A DNA stretch of 64,000 bases from Nitrospinaceae bacterium (lineage in GTDB: Bacteria > Nitrospinota > Nitrospinia > Nitrospinales > Nitrospinaceae): positions 672,001 to 736,000 of the forward strand of contig OZ250172.1 of assembly GCA_965237905.1 (NCBI GenBank), given 5' to 3'. The notes below the pieces were generated by a model. That model was not told the origin of the DNA. It worked only from the letters and a program-made list of their open reading frames with translations, and made no database searches. Positions 9,178 through 18,845 of the stretch are shown in pieces. Position numbers and translations under genes: made by a program. How positions within the stretch are numbered: position 1 is the first letter of the stretch; each line of letters opens with the position of its first letter.

Positions 9178-11484
9178 TTAACTCAGGCCGGATTTGCGGC
9201 GTGTCCACCATTCCACCGCGAGGAATCCGACAATCAATCCATACGTCCACCAACTGTCCCACAGCGAAACCATCCGCGAACTGGATTTGATTTCCACTGC
9301 CGGATCGGGGAAAGTCAGGTCTTCGATCTCCGTTCCTTCCTCCAATACGCGATAACTGCCGCCGGTCACTTTCGACACAGTTTGAAGAAGCGTTTCGTTC
9401 ACCAGCGGTTTTTGAAATTCGATCTGCGGACTGAACACGATGAAACGGGTTTCGCCGGAGAGCACCTCGCCGCCGGTCGTCAGGAACACTTCCGCCGAAT
9501 AAAACCCTTCCCGGCCCGGCGCAAATTCGAACCGGCCTTCCCCGTGTTCGTCGGTTTTCACGATTTCCCTGATCAGTTCCTGTTCCTTCGGCAGGGAGTT
9601 CACCACAAGGTCCACCTCGACGCCGGGCAGAGGATTGTAATCTTGCCCGCTGACTTTAAAGTGGACCACGACTTTTTCATGCTCCCGGTATTTTTCCTTG
9701 TCGGTTTCCACTTGAATGGGATTGGTTTCCGGCTCGCCGGTCATCCAGGCGATGACGTTTTCCCAGAACTTCTGGTAATACCGTCCGCTACCGCCCTCCC
9801 CCACGCGCAGAAAATTCCAGTTCCACGAGGAGTCGGTAGCAATGGCCATGGTGCGTCCTTCCTCCACCTGACGCGTAACCAGCACCGGATAACTGGCTTT
9901 ATTTTTCCGGGTGGTACTCAGCACATACGCCCCCTTCGCCGGAACCAAACCAATATTGATTCCCTGAATCGGAGGCAGTGATTTCCAGGCCTTCGCATTC
10001 TGCTTCGGATCGTTTTCCAACCGGAGCACGGGATGATGAGCGAGCTTCGGTTGCACTTTCATCTGTAATTCTCCCAGCAGAAACTTTTTAGACTCGCCCC
10101 GGATACGCATCGGGAGAATATCTTCCACCGGGGTGCGGTCGTATCCACCGTTTTCAAACGAGAGGTCGCCGCCGATCATCAGAAACGCCCCGCCCTGCTC
10201 CACGTACTCCTTGATGTTAGGCAGGTTTTTCTTGTCGATGAACGGGGAAAATTTGAAGTTGTGAAAAATAACCAGATCGAACGAGTTGAGATAATCGCTG
10301 AACAGGAGATTGGAGGGGAACGGAATCAAACTCAACTCGGAAGTGGAGGCACCCACGTCGTCGGTCAGCGTTCGCAAAATGAAGAAAGACAGTAAATCCA
10401 CCTTGGGATTGTTAGCGAGCGTTTCCCTCAAAAAACGCGAGTCCCACGAGGGCCGGCCATTGAGATGAAGCACACGTACCCGGTCGCGGATCACCTTGAC
10501 CTCAAAACTCCAGCGGTTGTTGACCTCCACCGCCTCGCCCGCAAACACGGGGACTGAAAGCGTGTAAATGCGTTTACCGAGAGACGCCGGTGTGAATTGA
10601 AGCTCCGCAGTGTATTGTGAATCCTCTTCTTTCAATGAAACGATTTTTGAAACCAGAATTTTATCGCCTTCTTTCAACACCAGTGGAATATTTTTTTTGC
10701 CGATGGACCGCGCAGAAACCGTTACCGCAATATTCAGCGGCTGATAAACAAATCCGAAATCCGTTGCATCCACTTTTTTTTCGATGGCTAGGTCCTTGAA
10801 CCCTTCGTTGCCTCCCGCCTGAAAGGTATGCACCGGCCCGTTCAACCGGGTCAGCGTTTCCGTAAATTCTGGAGAAATGCCGGATGGGTCCTGGGTGAGG
10901 TCGGCGCCGTCGGAAAACAGAAGGACACCCTGCAAGGATTTGCCTTCGTAATTTTCCGTCATATCCAAAAATACCTGATGCAGATCGGTATTGACTGCCT
11001 GTTCCTGATAGCCGGTTACCACATTCGAAAGCGGAACCGGGTCGATTTGATCCGAGGCAAAAAAGAAATCCACTTCATAATCGTGCTTCAACGTTTCAAA
11101 ATATTCCCTGTTGTCTTCCATCACCTTGCGCACCAGATCACCCCGGGATTTTTCGGAAGGAAGGGTTTTGATCGTCATGCTTTTGCTGTCATCGAGTAGA
11201 ACGGCGACGATATTTTTCAAAGGCTGGATTTTTTTGAACTCCAGTTGGGGTTGCAGAACCACCACCGCCACCAACAGCAGGACGACCACCCGCAGAGCAT
11301 AAAGAACCGTTTTCTTCCGGAGGGAACGGACCCGCGAAAGACTGGTCCAGAAAAACCATAGAGACAGAACGATCAACACTCCCAGAAAAGCAAAGGTGCC
11401 CCCCCAGACGTCCGATGTCCAGTGCAACTCCCAGGCGTTGTATTCGCTCCACTCTTCGCCCCATAGGGTAGCCAGCCAGTTCAC
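9178..11484 (-). CDS. Membrane protein with vWA-like and glutamine amidotransferase-like (DUF1355/GATase1-like) domains
   Basis: N-terminal TMs, LLDDSKSM and LFSDG MIDAS-like motifs, YVEQGGAFLMIGGDLSF, and C-terminal EWWTRRKSGL typical of this family. Confidence 0.8.
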   Translation of the reverse strand: MNWLATLWGEEWSEYNAWELHWTSDVWGGTFAFLGVLIVLSLWFFWTSLSRVRSLRKKTVLYALRVVVLLLVAVVVLQPQLEFKKIQPLKNIVAVLLDDSKSMTIKTLPSEKSRGDLVRKVMEDNREYFETLKHDYEVDFFFASDQIDPVPLSNVVTGYQEQAVNTDLHQVFLDMTENYEGKSLQGVLLFSDGADLTQDPSGISPEFTETLTRLNGPVHTFQAGGNEGFKDLAIEKKVDATDFGFVYQPLNIAVTVSARSIGKKNIPLVLKEGDKILVSKIVSLKEEDSQYTAELQFTPASLGKRIYTLSVPVFAGEAVEVNNRWSFEVKVIRDRVRVLHLNGRPSWDSRFLRETLANNPKVDLLSFFILRTLTDDVGASTSELSLIPFPSNLLFSDYLNSFDLVIFHNFKFSPFIDKKNLPNIKEYVEQGGAFLMIGGDLSFENGGYDRTPVEDILPMRIRGESKKFLLGELQMKVQPKLAHHPVLRLENDPKQNAKAWKSLPPIQGINIGLVPAKGAYVLSTTRKNKASYPVLVTRQVEEGRTMAIATDSSWNWNFLRVGEGGSGRYYQKFWENVIAWMTGEPETNPIQVETDKEKYREHEKVVVHFKVSGQDYNPLPGVEVDLVVNSLPKEQELIREIVKTDEHGEGRFEFAPGREGFYSAEVFLTTGGEVLSGETRFIVFSPQIEFQKPLVNETLLQTVSKVTGGSYRVLEEGTEIEDLTFPDPAVEIKSSSRMVSLWDSWWTYGLIVGFLAVEWWTRRKSGLS

Positions 11485-12245
11485 TTGGGGTTGACCCTCC
11501 GCAGGCGTTCGAGAATGATAGGCAGATGCACCATGTCCTTTTTGTAATCCAACGTCAGCGCGTACATCATGATGTTGACGCCCAGTCTTAGACTCAACTT
11601 CCTCTGCCGGTTACCGCCGCCGATCATGTCGAAATCCCAGTGCCCCAGCTTGCTTTTGGACCAGGCCCCGCCGAGATCGTTGGCGGAATACACCAGAACG
11701 GTACGCCCTTTGGTGGTGATTCCTTCCAGATACGGTTTGTTCACCACCCGGCCCACCACCTGATTGATCAGATAAAAGGAGCGAAATATGGAGTGATCCC
11801 GGGAAATCCGTTGCAGGGGAATGCGCGGGAACAAACGGCCGATCATCCTTCGGACCGATTTATCGAACTCAGAATTGGGCTTCGAGGAATTGTCGTCGAT
11901 TAACAGAAATCCGCCGTAGGTCAGGTGATTGCGCAGGGCTTTCAATTCTTTTTCACTGAACGGTTTGAAAGCCTTGTTGCCGCCCATATAAATGAAGGGA
12001 TACCGGTACAACCGGGTATCCCCCGGTTTCAGGAATAGCGGAGCCCGTTTGACTTCGACTGAAGTGCGTTTGGCCATCTGCGCCAGCAGGCTTTCCACCG
12101 CGTGAGGCCGGGGATTGTAGGTGCCGCCCTTATATTTGATTTGAGGGATGACGACCTTCGACGCCTCGCCCAAAGCGAACGCCGGACAGGGAATCAGGAT
12201 GCCCGCCTGAAGGCAGACCGTTAGAATGAGAAAGTTCAACCGCAC
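11481..12245 (-). CDS. DUF4159 domain protein
   Basis: Signal peptide, YPFIYMGG, LTYGGFLLIDD, NDLGGAW and LGVNIMMYALTLDYKKDMVH. Confidence 0.88.
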   Translation of the reverse strand: MRLNFLILTVCLQAGILIPCPAFALGEASKVVIPQIKYKGGTYNPRPHAVESLLAQMAKRTSVEVKRAPLFLKPGDTRLYRYPFIYMGGNKAFKPFSEKELKALRNHLTYGGFLLIDDNSSKPNSEFDKSVRRMIGRLFPRIPLQRISRDHSIFRSFYLINQVVGRVVNKPYLEGITTKGRTVLVYSANDLGGAWSKSKLGHWDFDMIGGGNRQRKLSLRLGVNIMMYALTLDYKKDMVHLPIILERLRRVNPK

Positions 12246-12406
12246 TGGATCATACCCACAGAGGATTCATGAAAGAGCCTGTTCTTTTGCAATCATACCA
12301 AATTCCCGTGCTACGGGGTGCCGGACCTTCTCAAATTATTTTTGCGGGGGTTTGGAGGGGTGGTATAGTCATATTCAAATTGCTGTGATTTTAACCGGGA
12401 AAACTG

Positions 12407-13501
12407 ATGAAACGTACTGTTCTACTCAATCCGGGGCCCGTCAATGTGACCGAGCGGGTCCGCCAGGCCCTGCTGAAACCGGACTTGTGCCACCGGGAAA
12501 AGGAGTTTTCGGATCTGATGCAGTCGATCCGCTCCAAACTGGTTCGCGCCTTCGGAATCGAAAACGATTACGATGCCGTGTTGACCACGGGCTCCGGGAC
12601 CGCCGCTCTGGAAATGGCGGTATCCTCTTGTCTCGGCGCGGGTCAATCCATGCTGGTGATCCGCAACGGCGTCTACGGCGACCGCATCGCCGCCATGGCG
12701 GAAGCGTACGGATTCAACATCCAGTGTCTCGACACTCCTTGGGGCGAGCCGCCCATTCTGGACGATATCGAGCAAACGTTGAAGCAGAATCCCAAAATTG
12801 AAGTGGTCGCCCTGGTGCATCACGAAACAACCACGGGACTACTCAACCCGGTTCATGAAATCGGAGAGTTGGTCCAGAAATATAAAAAACGGTTTCTGGT
12901 AGACAGTATCAGCAGTCTCGCAGGCGATGCTCTGGATTTCAATCGCGCCGGCGTCGATTTGTGCGTGGGCACCGCCAACAAATGCCTGCAGGGCCTGCCT
13001 GGCGTCTCATTCGTGCTGGTGCGCAAAACCGAACTGCCCCGGCTGGAGACAATTCCCGAGCGCTCCCATTATTTCAATTTGTATAAAAATCACCAGGTCC
13101 AGGAAAAAGGCGACACCCTGTTCACTCCGGCGGTGCAGATTCATTACGCGCTCGATGCCGCGCTGGATGAGCTGATTGAAGAAACGGTCCAAGGCCGGAT
13201 CCAACGGTACCGCCAGGCGGCGGCGATGCTTCGCAAAGGATTCCGGGAAATGGGATTGGAGACCATCGTTCCCGAAGGGCGCGGGTCCAACACCCTGACT
13301 GCGCTGAAACTGCCGGAAGGTGTCACCTACCAAGGGTTGCATGATCGTTTGAAGGAAAAAGGGTTTGTCATTTATGCGGGCCAGAAGAAACTGAGCGAAA
13401 GTATTTTCCGCATCGCCAACATGGGAGACATCACCACGGAAGAATTCCAGCGCCTGCTCGACACGCTCAAGAATTGCCTTTCGGCTTCCACTCCATCTTA
13501 G
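12407..13501 (+). CDS. Class V PLP aminotransferase, 2-aminoethylphosphonate-pyruvate transaminase-like
   Basis: LLNPGPV, GSGTAALE, NGVYGDR, VHHETTTGLLNP, DSISS, TANKCLQGLPG and FRIANMG are PhnW/AepZ-like. Confidence 0.85.
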   Translation: MKRTVLLNPGPVNVTERVRQALLKPDLCHREKEFSDLMQSIRSKLVRAFGIENDYDAVLTTGSGTAALEMAVSSCLGAGQSMLVIRNGVYGDRIAAMAEAYGFNIQCLDTPWGEPPILDDIEQTLKQNPKIEVVALVHHETTTGLLNPVHEIGELVQKYKKRFLVDSISSLAGDALDFNRAGVDLCVGTANKCLQGLPGVSFVLVRKTELPRLETIPERSHYFNLYKNHQVQEKGDTLFTPAVQIHYALDAALDELIEETVQGRIQRYRQAAAMLRKGFREMGLETIVPEGRGSNTLTALKLPEGVTYQGLHDRLKEKGFVIYAGQKKLSESIFRIANMGDITTEEFQRLLDTLKNCLSASTPS

Positions 13502-13508
13502 GATTGCA

Positions 13509-14174
13509 ATGAGTCTTTACGCGTTGATGAATAGTTATGCCCAGAGCCGCGGTCAGCGCCCCGATTCGGAACTGCCTGCCGGGGAACTCGGCAAAAGCCT
13601 GGCTCTGTTTCACAATTGCCTGATCGAATCGGGGATGGAGCATTCCGGGGAAACGGGCAACCGCATCGTTACGGCGGGACCGGAAAGCCTTCTGCCCATG
13701 CACCTGAGCCGGTTTGTGGTGGGATTTCTGCCGTTCAACGCCGTGTCCACCAAAACCGAAACGAACGAAATCTTATTCGACCTGTTTTCTTTTCTCCGCT
13801 GGCTGGAGAAGAAAGACATCCAACATGGTCTAGCCAAAATCGATTTTCAGAAAACGGTGCAGGCGTTAAACGGTGCCCAGGACCGTTGCCTGCAACTCAG
13901 CCATTTTCTGGATGACGAAACCGGCCGCGTTCTGGAGGAACCGCCCCGCATCATAGAAACCATTAATGACGTTTTTATGGTGATCAAAATCGACGGAGAT
14001 TATATTTATCTTCAGGGCCGCCAGCAGGAAGACCCCATCCGCGTTCGTCTGCCCGCTGAAATCATGAATCTCGTCCGCCTCAACGACAATCTCGATCTGG
14101 TCCTGGGCGACACTTCGGAGCGTTGGGTGGTATTGGAAGCAGGGCAAGTCTTTCCCGAGTCTCAAGCCGGGTAA
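13509..14174 (+). CDS. Hypothetical protein
   Basis: 221-aa ORF tightly co-oriented between neighbours, normal composition. The C-terminal beta-rich segment may be an OB fold. Confidence 0.7.
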   Translation: MSLYALMNSYAQSRGQRPDSELPAGELGKSLALFHNCLIESGMEHSGETGNRIVTAGPESLLPMHLSRFVVGFLPFNAVSTKTETNEILFDLFSFLRWLEKKDIQHGLAKIDFQKTVQALNGAQDRCLQLSHFLDDETGRVLEEPPRIIETINDVFMVIKIDGDYIYLQGRQQEDPIRVRLPAEIMNLVRLNDNLDLVLGDTSERWVVLEAGQVFPESQAG

Positions 14175-14215
14175 TATTTCATTTCGTATTTCACCCTTTT
14201 ATAAGGAGTGCCACC

Positions 14216-14992
14216 ATGAAACGTGTAGCCATCGGACTTGCCGCTTTGGTCGTCATCCTGGTTGTCGGCGTCCTTGTCCTTTATTCTTCCCTAGGGGCGA
14301 TTATCACCAAAGCCGTCAATACCACAGGACCGGAAATCATCCAGGCGAAAGTGAATTTGGATGAAACGGTCATCGATACCACCTCTGGAAAAGGTTCCAT
14401 GCACGGTTTGTTCATCGGCAATCCCGAAGGTTTCGAAACCGAAAGCGCCTTCAAAATGGATAAAATCGAAATAGCCCTGGACACGGCTTCGGTCACCTCG
14501 GATACGATCGTCATCAATGAAATTAACATTCAGGCTCCCGAAGTTACTTACGAACTGGGAGGCGGCGGAAGCAATATCGACGCCATCCAAAAGAATGTCG
14601 ACGCCTTTGTCAAAAAACATGTCGGGGCTTCGGACTCCAAAGAAAAGAGTGAGACAAAAGAAGGCGGAACCAAAATGGTGATTGATCATGTGTATGTGAA
14701 AGGCGGCAAGGTGAATATCAGCGCCACTCTGCTCGGCGGCAAGTCTATGACCGTGCCACTGCCCGATATTCACCTGAAAGACCTTGGCAAGAAAGAAAAT
14801 GGTGCAACTCCCGGTGAGGTGGTCAAATCCATTATCGGCGCTTTGAATAAATCCATTGTTAAAGCCGTAGCGCCACTCAATCTGGATAAAGTGGGTGAGG
14901 TCACAGGGAAAGCGGTCGAAGGGGTTAAGGACACGCTTAAAAAAGGGACCGAAGGCGTGACCGATTCGATGAAGGGTATTTTCGGAAAATAA
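14216..14992 (+). CDS. AsmA/DUF748-like membrane-anchored protein
   Basis: AAGGAG SD before MKRVAIG, one N-terminal TM, and IGNPEGF...IVINEINIQAPEVTYE...SNIDAI...PLPDIHLKDLG. Confidence 0.75.
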   Translation: MKRVAIGLAALVVILVVGVLVLYSSLGAIITKAVNTTGPEIIQAKVNLDETVIDTTSGKGSMHGLFIGNPEGFETESAFKMDKIEIALDTASVTSDTIVINEINIQAPEVTYELGGGGSNIDAIQKNVDAFVKKHVGASDSKEKSETKEGGTKMVIDHVYVKGGKVNISATLLGGKSMTVPLPDIHLKDLGKKENGATPGEVVKSIIGALNKSIVKAVAPLNLDKVGEVTGKAVEGVKDTLKKGTEGVTDSMKGIFGK

Positions 14993-15250
14993 AATCCGGG
15001 ATCAACAGACTGTGGCCCGTGGCGTTAAAGGTTTTCGGTTCAAGAGCCTGGCGGGAATGATTTCTTGATCTGTTCTCCTTAATACCTGAATGCAAAGCGA
15101 ATATCGGATCACGGGGTTCTGCCGGCCCCGAACATTTCCTTGAAAAAGGCCGGGAAATGTTTTAAAAAGCCCTCTACACTGCATCGGTGGACTTCTGGCA
15201 TTTTTAAAACCCCGGGTCTGCCAACACTCTAGAATCCAAGGATTTCCCAA

Positions 15251-16777
15251 TTGACCGCTGTCATCAATTTTGAAGACATGAACTGGCAGGCCATCGCGCC
15301 GGAACTGATTCTGGTGCTCACCGCCTTCACCGTTCTGTTGATGGGACTGCTCAAAACCTACAACAACAATTCGTACTTGTCGAAGGCATCCTCGGTCGGC
15401 ATCCTGACCGCTTTAGGCTATACCTTTTACTTATGGGGCCTGGCTCCCTCCATCAGCGACGGTACCAGCCCGGCGATCTTCAGCGGATCGCTGTTGTTCG
15501 ACAAATTTTCGCAAAGCTTCAACATCATCTTCCTCTTGATGTCCTTGTTCGCTGTCATGGCGGCGGTGCGTTATCCCAAACCCAACAACGAAAACAAGTC
15601 CGAATATTTCTGCCTCGTGTTGATGGCTGTGGTCGGCATGATGTTCCTGGCCAAGTCCGGCAATTTGATCACCGCGTTCATCTCTCTGGAAATCTTTTCC
15701 ATTTCCTTATATATCCTGTGCGGTTTTTCCGCCAAGCACGGCAAGGGCACCGAACAGCCGGGCGATGCCCAACACCTCGACTGGGAAACGCTGGCATCAC
15801 AGGAGTCCACCGTCAAATATCTGCTGATGGACGCATTCGCTTCAGCCATTCTGGTCTACGGCATGGCGTTGATGTACGCGGGCACGGGCACCACGGAAAT
15901 CCGGGAAATCGGCCATCTGCTGGAGACCAACCCGTACAGCCAGAACAAACTGCTTTATATCGGAATGGGTCTGACGTTTTGCGGCCTCGCGTTCAAGGTG
16001 TCACTGGTGCCGTTTCATGCGTGGACGCCCGACGTCTACCAGGGCGCGCCGACGCCGATCACTGGCTTCATGTCGGTGGCGACCAAAGCCGCGGCGTATT
16101 CGCTGATCGCCCGCATCTTTTTTATCGCCCTGCCCAGCCTGGAAGAAATCTGGATGCCCTTCCTGTTCGGCATCTCGGTCATTACAATGCTGGTCGGCAA
16201 CACGGCGGCCATCTTTCAGAATGATGTCAAACGCATGCTGGCCTATTCCGGTGTGGCGCACGCGGGATACCTGCTGATCGGTATCGTCGCCAACAGCCAG
16301 GACGGCGTGGCGAGCATTTTGTTTTACCTGGGCGTGTACCTGTTCATGAACATCGGCGCGTTCGCCGTGGTGTACATGCTGGAAGGCGAAGGCGAGCAGG
16401 CGAACTCCATCAACCGCTTCAAGGGACTGGCCAAGCGCAAACCGTATCTGGCCGCGGCGATGAGTTTGTTCATGCTGTCCCTCGCCGGATTCCCGCCCAC
16501 CGCCGGGTTCTTCGGAAAGTTATACGTGTTCCTCGCCGCCATCAAACAAGGCTATGTGTTGATTGCCATCCTGGCCGTGGTCGCCAGCATGATCGCCGTG
16601 TACTTCTACCTGCGCGTGATTGCCATGATGTACTTCCAGGAAGACGAGTCCGAGGAAACGATCCACACCAGCCGTGGCATGACCGCCATCGTCGCCGTCA
16701 GCTCCGTCGCCATCCTCGCCATCGGCCTGTTCCCCTCCAAACTCATGCAACTCGCCCTCGCCTCCATCCCGTTTTAG
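15251..16777 (+). CDS. nuoN: NADH-quinone oxidoreductase subunit N (stand-alone copy)
   Basis: IAPELIL, FISLEIFS, FKVSLVPFHAWTPDVYQGAP, KRMLAYSGVAHAGY and SLAGFPPTAGFFGK. Confidence 0.93.
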   Translation: MTAVINFEDMNWQAIAPELILVLTAFTVLLMGLLKTYNNNSYLSKASSVGILTALGYTFYLWGLAPSISDGTSPAIFSGSLLFDKFSQSFNIIFLLMSLFAVMAAVRYPKPNNENKSEYFCLVLMAVVGMMFLAKSGNLITAFISLEIFSISLYILCGFSAKHGKGTEQPGDAQHLDWETLASQESTVKYLLMDAFASAILVYGMALMYAGTGTTEIREIGHLLETNPYSQNKLLYIGMGLTFCGLAFKVSLVPFHAWTPDVYQGAPTPITGFMSVATKAAAYSLIARIFFIALPSLEEIWMPFLFGISVITMLVGNTAAIFQNDVKRMLAYSGVAHAGYLLIGIVANSQDGVASILFYLGVYLFMNIGAFAVVYMLEGEGEQANSINRFKGLAKRKPYLAAAMSLFMLSLAGFPPTAGFFGKLYVFLAAIKQGYVLIAILAVVASMIAVYFYLRVIAMMYFQEDESEETIHTSRGMTAIVAVSSVAILAIGLFPSKLMQLALASIPF

Positions 16778-16823
16778 CAAAACTCCAGCCCCATTCTTTC
16801 AAGACAATATTTAAAAACAATTG

Positions 16824-16926
16824 ACCACAGATGAACACAGATAAACACCGATAAAACATAGATCCTTCGCTTCACTCAGGGTGACAGGTTTTCCCATTCA
16901 TCCGGTTCATCCTGTTATCCTGTCAA
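16824..16926. repeat. Composite of short intergenic repeat motifs
   Basis: Three juxtaposed motifs: (a)cacagat(g/a)aa ~10-bp iterations, gatccttcgcttcactcagggtgaca, and atcc(g/t)gtt iterations ending atcctgtcaa. Confidence 0.6.
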
Positions 16927-16973
16927 AATAGGTTTGGGTTGTGCCCTTCAAAATTTCCTGCGACAATTTGAGT

Positions 16974-18137
16974 ATGAGATGCCTTACCACTTTCATCGCT
17001 CTATGTGCGTTGTGGGGAAGCGCCTGTGCGCCGGAACCCCAACAGATCGAAAAACACATCGAACAATACCAGGCACGGATCGCCGTCGACCCCAACAACA
17101 CGGAGGTTCATTACCAGTTGGGGCACGCCCACCTGACGCTCGGCAGGTATGAGCAGGGGGTGAACCATTTGAAAGACGCCGTGCGCCTGAGTAAAAAGCA
17201 TGCGTTGGCCCACCGCGACCTCGGCTGGGCGTTGTACCGACTCAAAGAATACCGGGCGGCGGAACCCTGGCTCCTCAAGGCGCTGGAGATGAAACCACGC
17301 GACCGCGCCACCCTCTCCACCCTGAGCGCGGTGTACATCGGTCAAAAACGATACCGCGAGGCGGTTGATCTGTTGAAACCGTTTGTCGACACCGGGCGGG
17401 GCACGGTGCCCATCCACAACAACCTGGTGGCGGCTTACCGACATCTGGGATTGTACCCGTTAGCAACCGAACAACTTCATCAAGCACTGAAAAAAAATCC
17501 GGACTCGGCAGGATCGCATAACAACCTGGGAGTCCTTTTGGGAAAAACGGGACAACCGGAACAGGCGCTGGCCGAATACCGGATTGCGTTGACCCTCGAC
17601 CCCGGATACGGGTCGGCGCACTTCAACCTGGCTGTCGCTTTGACACAGCAAGGGAAGAGTGATGAAGCGTTAAATCATTTCCGCATCGCGCAACAGGCAC
17701 ATCCCCACGATCCGAAAATTCTGGCGGGGCTGGGCTGGACTTATCACAAGCTGAACCGGTATCGACCCGCCATCGGGTTTTACGAAGAATCGGTGCGATT
17801 GGCGCCTTCCAATTTACAGGCACAGCAGGCCCTGGGCGAGTTGTGGGACATCACCCAACACTACAGCCGGGCCATCGACGCCTACGAAGCCGCCGCCGGA
17901 CTGGACCCGGAAGGACCGGACAATTATTATCACCTGGGACGGTTGAACGATCATTTGAAGGCGGGAGAAAAAGCGGTGGCGTATATGGCGCTGGCGGAAT
18001 CGTTGTACCGGAAAAAACGCAACGTGGAAATGGCGGCGCACTGCAGTAAGAATATTTCCATCCTGGCGAAAAAGTATAAATTCAAAAGAAAAAAATTACA
18101 CCGATTAACCCGGCCCCGTCAATCCCTGGCAGGTTGA
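16974..18137 (+). CDS. Tetratricopeptide repeat protein (probable lipoprotein)
   Basis: Multiple 34-aa TPR units (HYQLG, HRDLG, HNNLG, HFNLA) and a signal peptide ending WGSAC. Confidence 0.9.
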   Translation: MRCLTTFIALCALWGSACAPEPQQIEKHIEQYQARIAVDPNNTEVHYQLGHAHLTLGRYEQGVNHLKDAVRLSKKHALAHRDLGWALYRLKEYRAAEPWLLKALEMKPRDRATLSTLSAVYIGQKRYREAVDLLKPFVDTGRGTVPIHNNLVAAYRHLGLYPLATEQLHQALKKNPDSAGSHNNLGVLLGKTGQPEQALAEYRIALTLDPGYGSAHFNLAVALTQQGKSDEALNHFRIAQQAHPHDPKILAGLGWTYHKLNRYRPAIGFYEESVRLAPSNLQAQQALGELWDITQHYSRAIDAYEAAAGLDPEGPDNYYHLGRLNDHLKAGEKAVAYMALAESLYRKKRNVEMAAHCSKNISILAKKYKFKRKKLHRLTRPRQSLAG

Positions 18138-18147
18138 GCGATAGCCG

Positions 18148-18585
18148 TCACCGTTCCAGAATAAAAGTAACGGGACCGTCGTTGACGATATCGACCTGCA
18201 TGTGGGCACCGAACCGGCCTTCCTGAATGTTCAGCTTTGACTCAGCGAGTTTTTTCACAAAGTTTTGGTACAATCGTTCCGCCTCTTCGGGAGCGGCGGC
18301 GTTGTCGAATCCCGGCCGCCGCCCGCGGGAACAATCGCCTGCCAGGGTGAACTGGGACACCACGAGAACCTCACCTTTCACATCGAGGCAGGAACGATTC
18401 ATCTTCCCTTGATCGTCGGCGAAAATTCTCAGGTTGAGCGCCTTTTCAGCAAGAGCATTCACGGCTTCGTCGCTATCCCCCTTTTCCGCGCCGAACAGGA
18501 TCATTAATCCCTTGCCGATCTCACCGACCACTTCGTCGTCCACGGTCACGGAAGAGCGAAGCACTCTCTGCAATACGATTTTCAT
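18148..18585 (-). CDS. dtd: D-aminoacyl-tRNA deacylase
   Basis: MKIVLQRV, LRIFAD, VVSQFTL and NDGPVT. Confidence 0.97.
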   Translation of the reverse strand: MKIVLQRVLRSSVTVDDEVVGEIGKGLMILFGAEKGDSDEAVNALAEKALNLRIFADDQGKMNRSCLDVKGEVLVVSQFTLAGDCSRGRRPGFDNAAAPEEAERLYQNFVKKLAESKLNIQEGRFGAHMQVDIVNDGPVTFILER

Positions 18586-18607
18586 AAAAGAATGACGTCA
18601 GAAAAGG

Positions 18608-18790
18608 TCAACGGGCATTAAAAAACCGCTGATCGGTGCCCTGCGGCCCGATCGCAACATTAACTTTGGCGTAACAGAGAGGACACCGGCCCTCGTAGGC
18701 GTTGCCGTCTTTATTGATATAGATGCGGCGGTACACCTTGCAACACTCGAACAGGATGCCGATAAATTTTTTATCTTTCTGCGGTTTCAT
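18608..18790 (-). CDS. Small Cys-rich (Zn-ribbon-like) hypothetical protein
   Basis: FECC..Y.RIY.N....AYEGRCPLC, GAGG SD, in an operon between the TerB gene and dtd. Confidence 0.75.
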   Translation of the reverse strand: MKPQKDKKFIGILFECCKVYRRIYINKDGNAYEGRCPLCYAKVNVAIGPQGTDQRFFNAR

Positions 18791-18845
18791 ACCTCGCCCA
18801 TGACTGGAACCCCGATCTCCCGGTGATCGTGTTAGCTCTTAATCA

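Noticed and set aside
16824..16926. Short iterated motifs considered as a CRISPR array
   Set aside because: Units are about 8-10 bp without unique spacers, and there are no cas genes.
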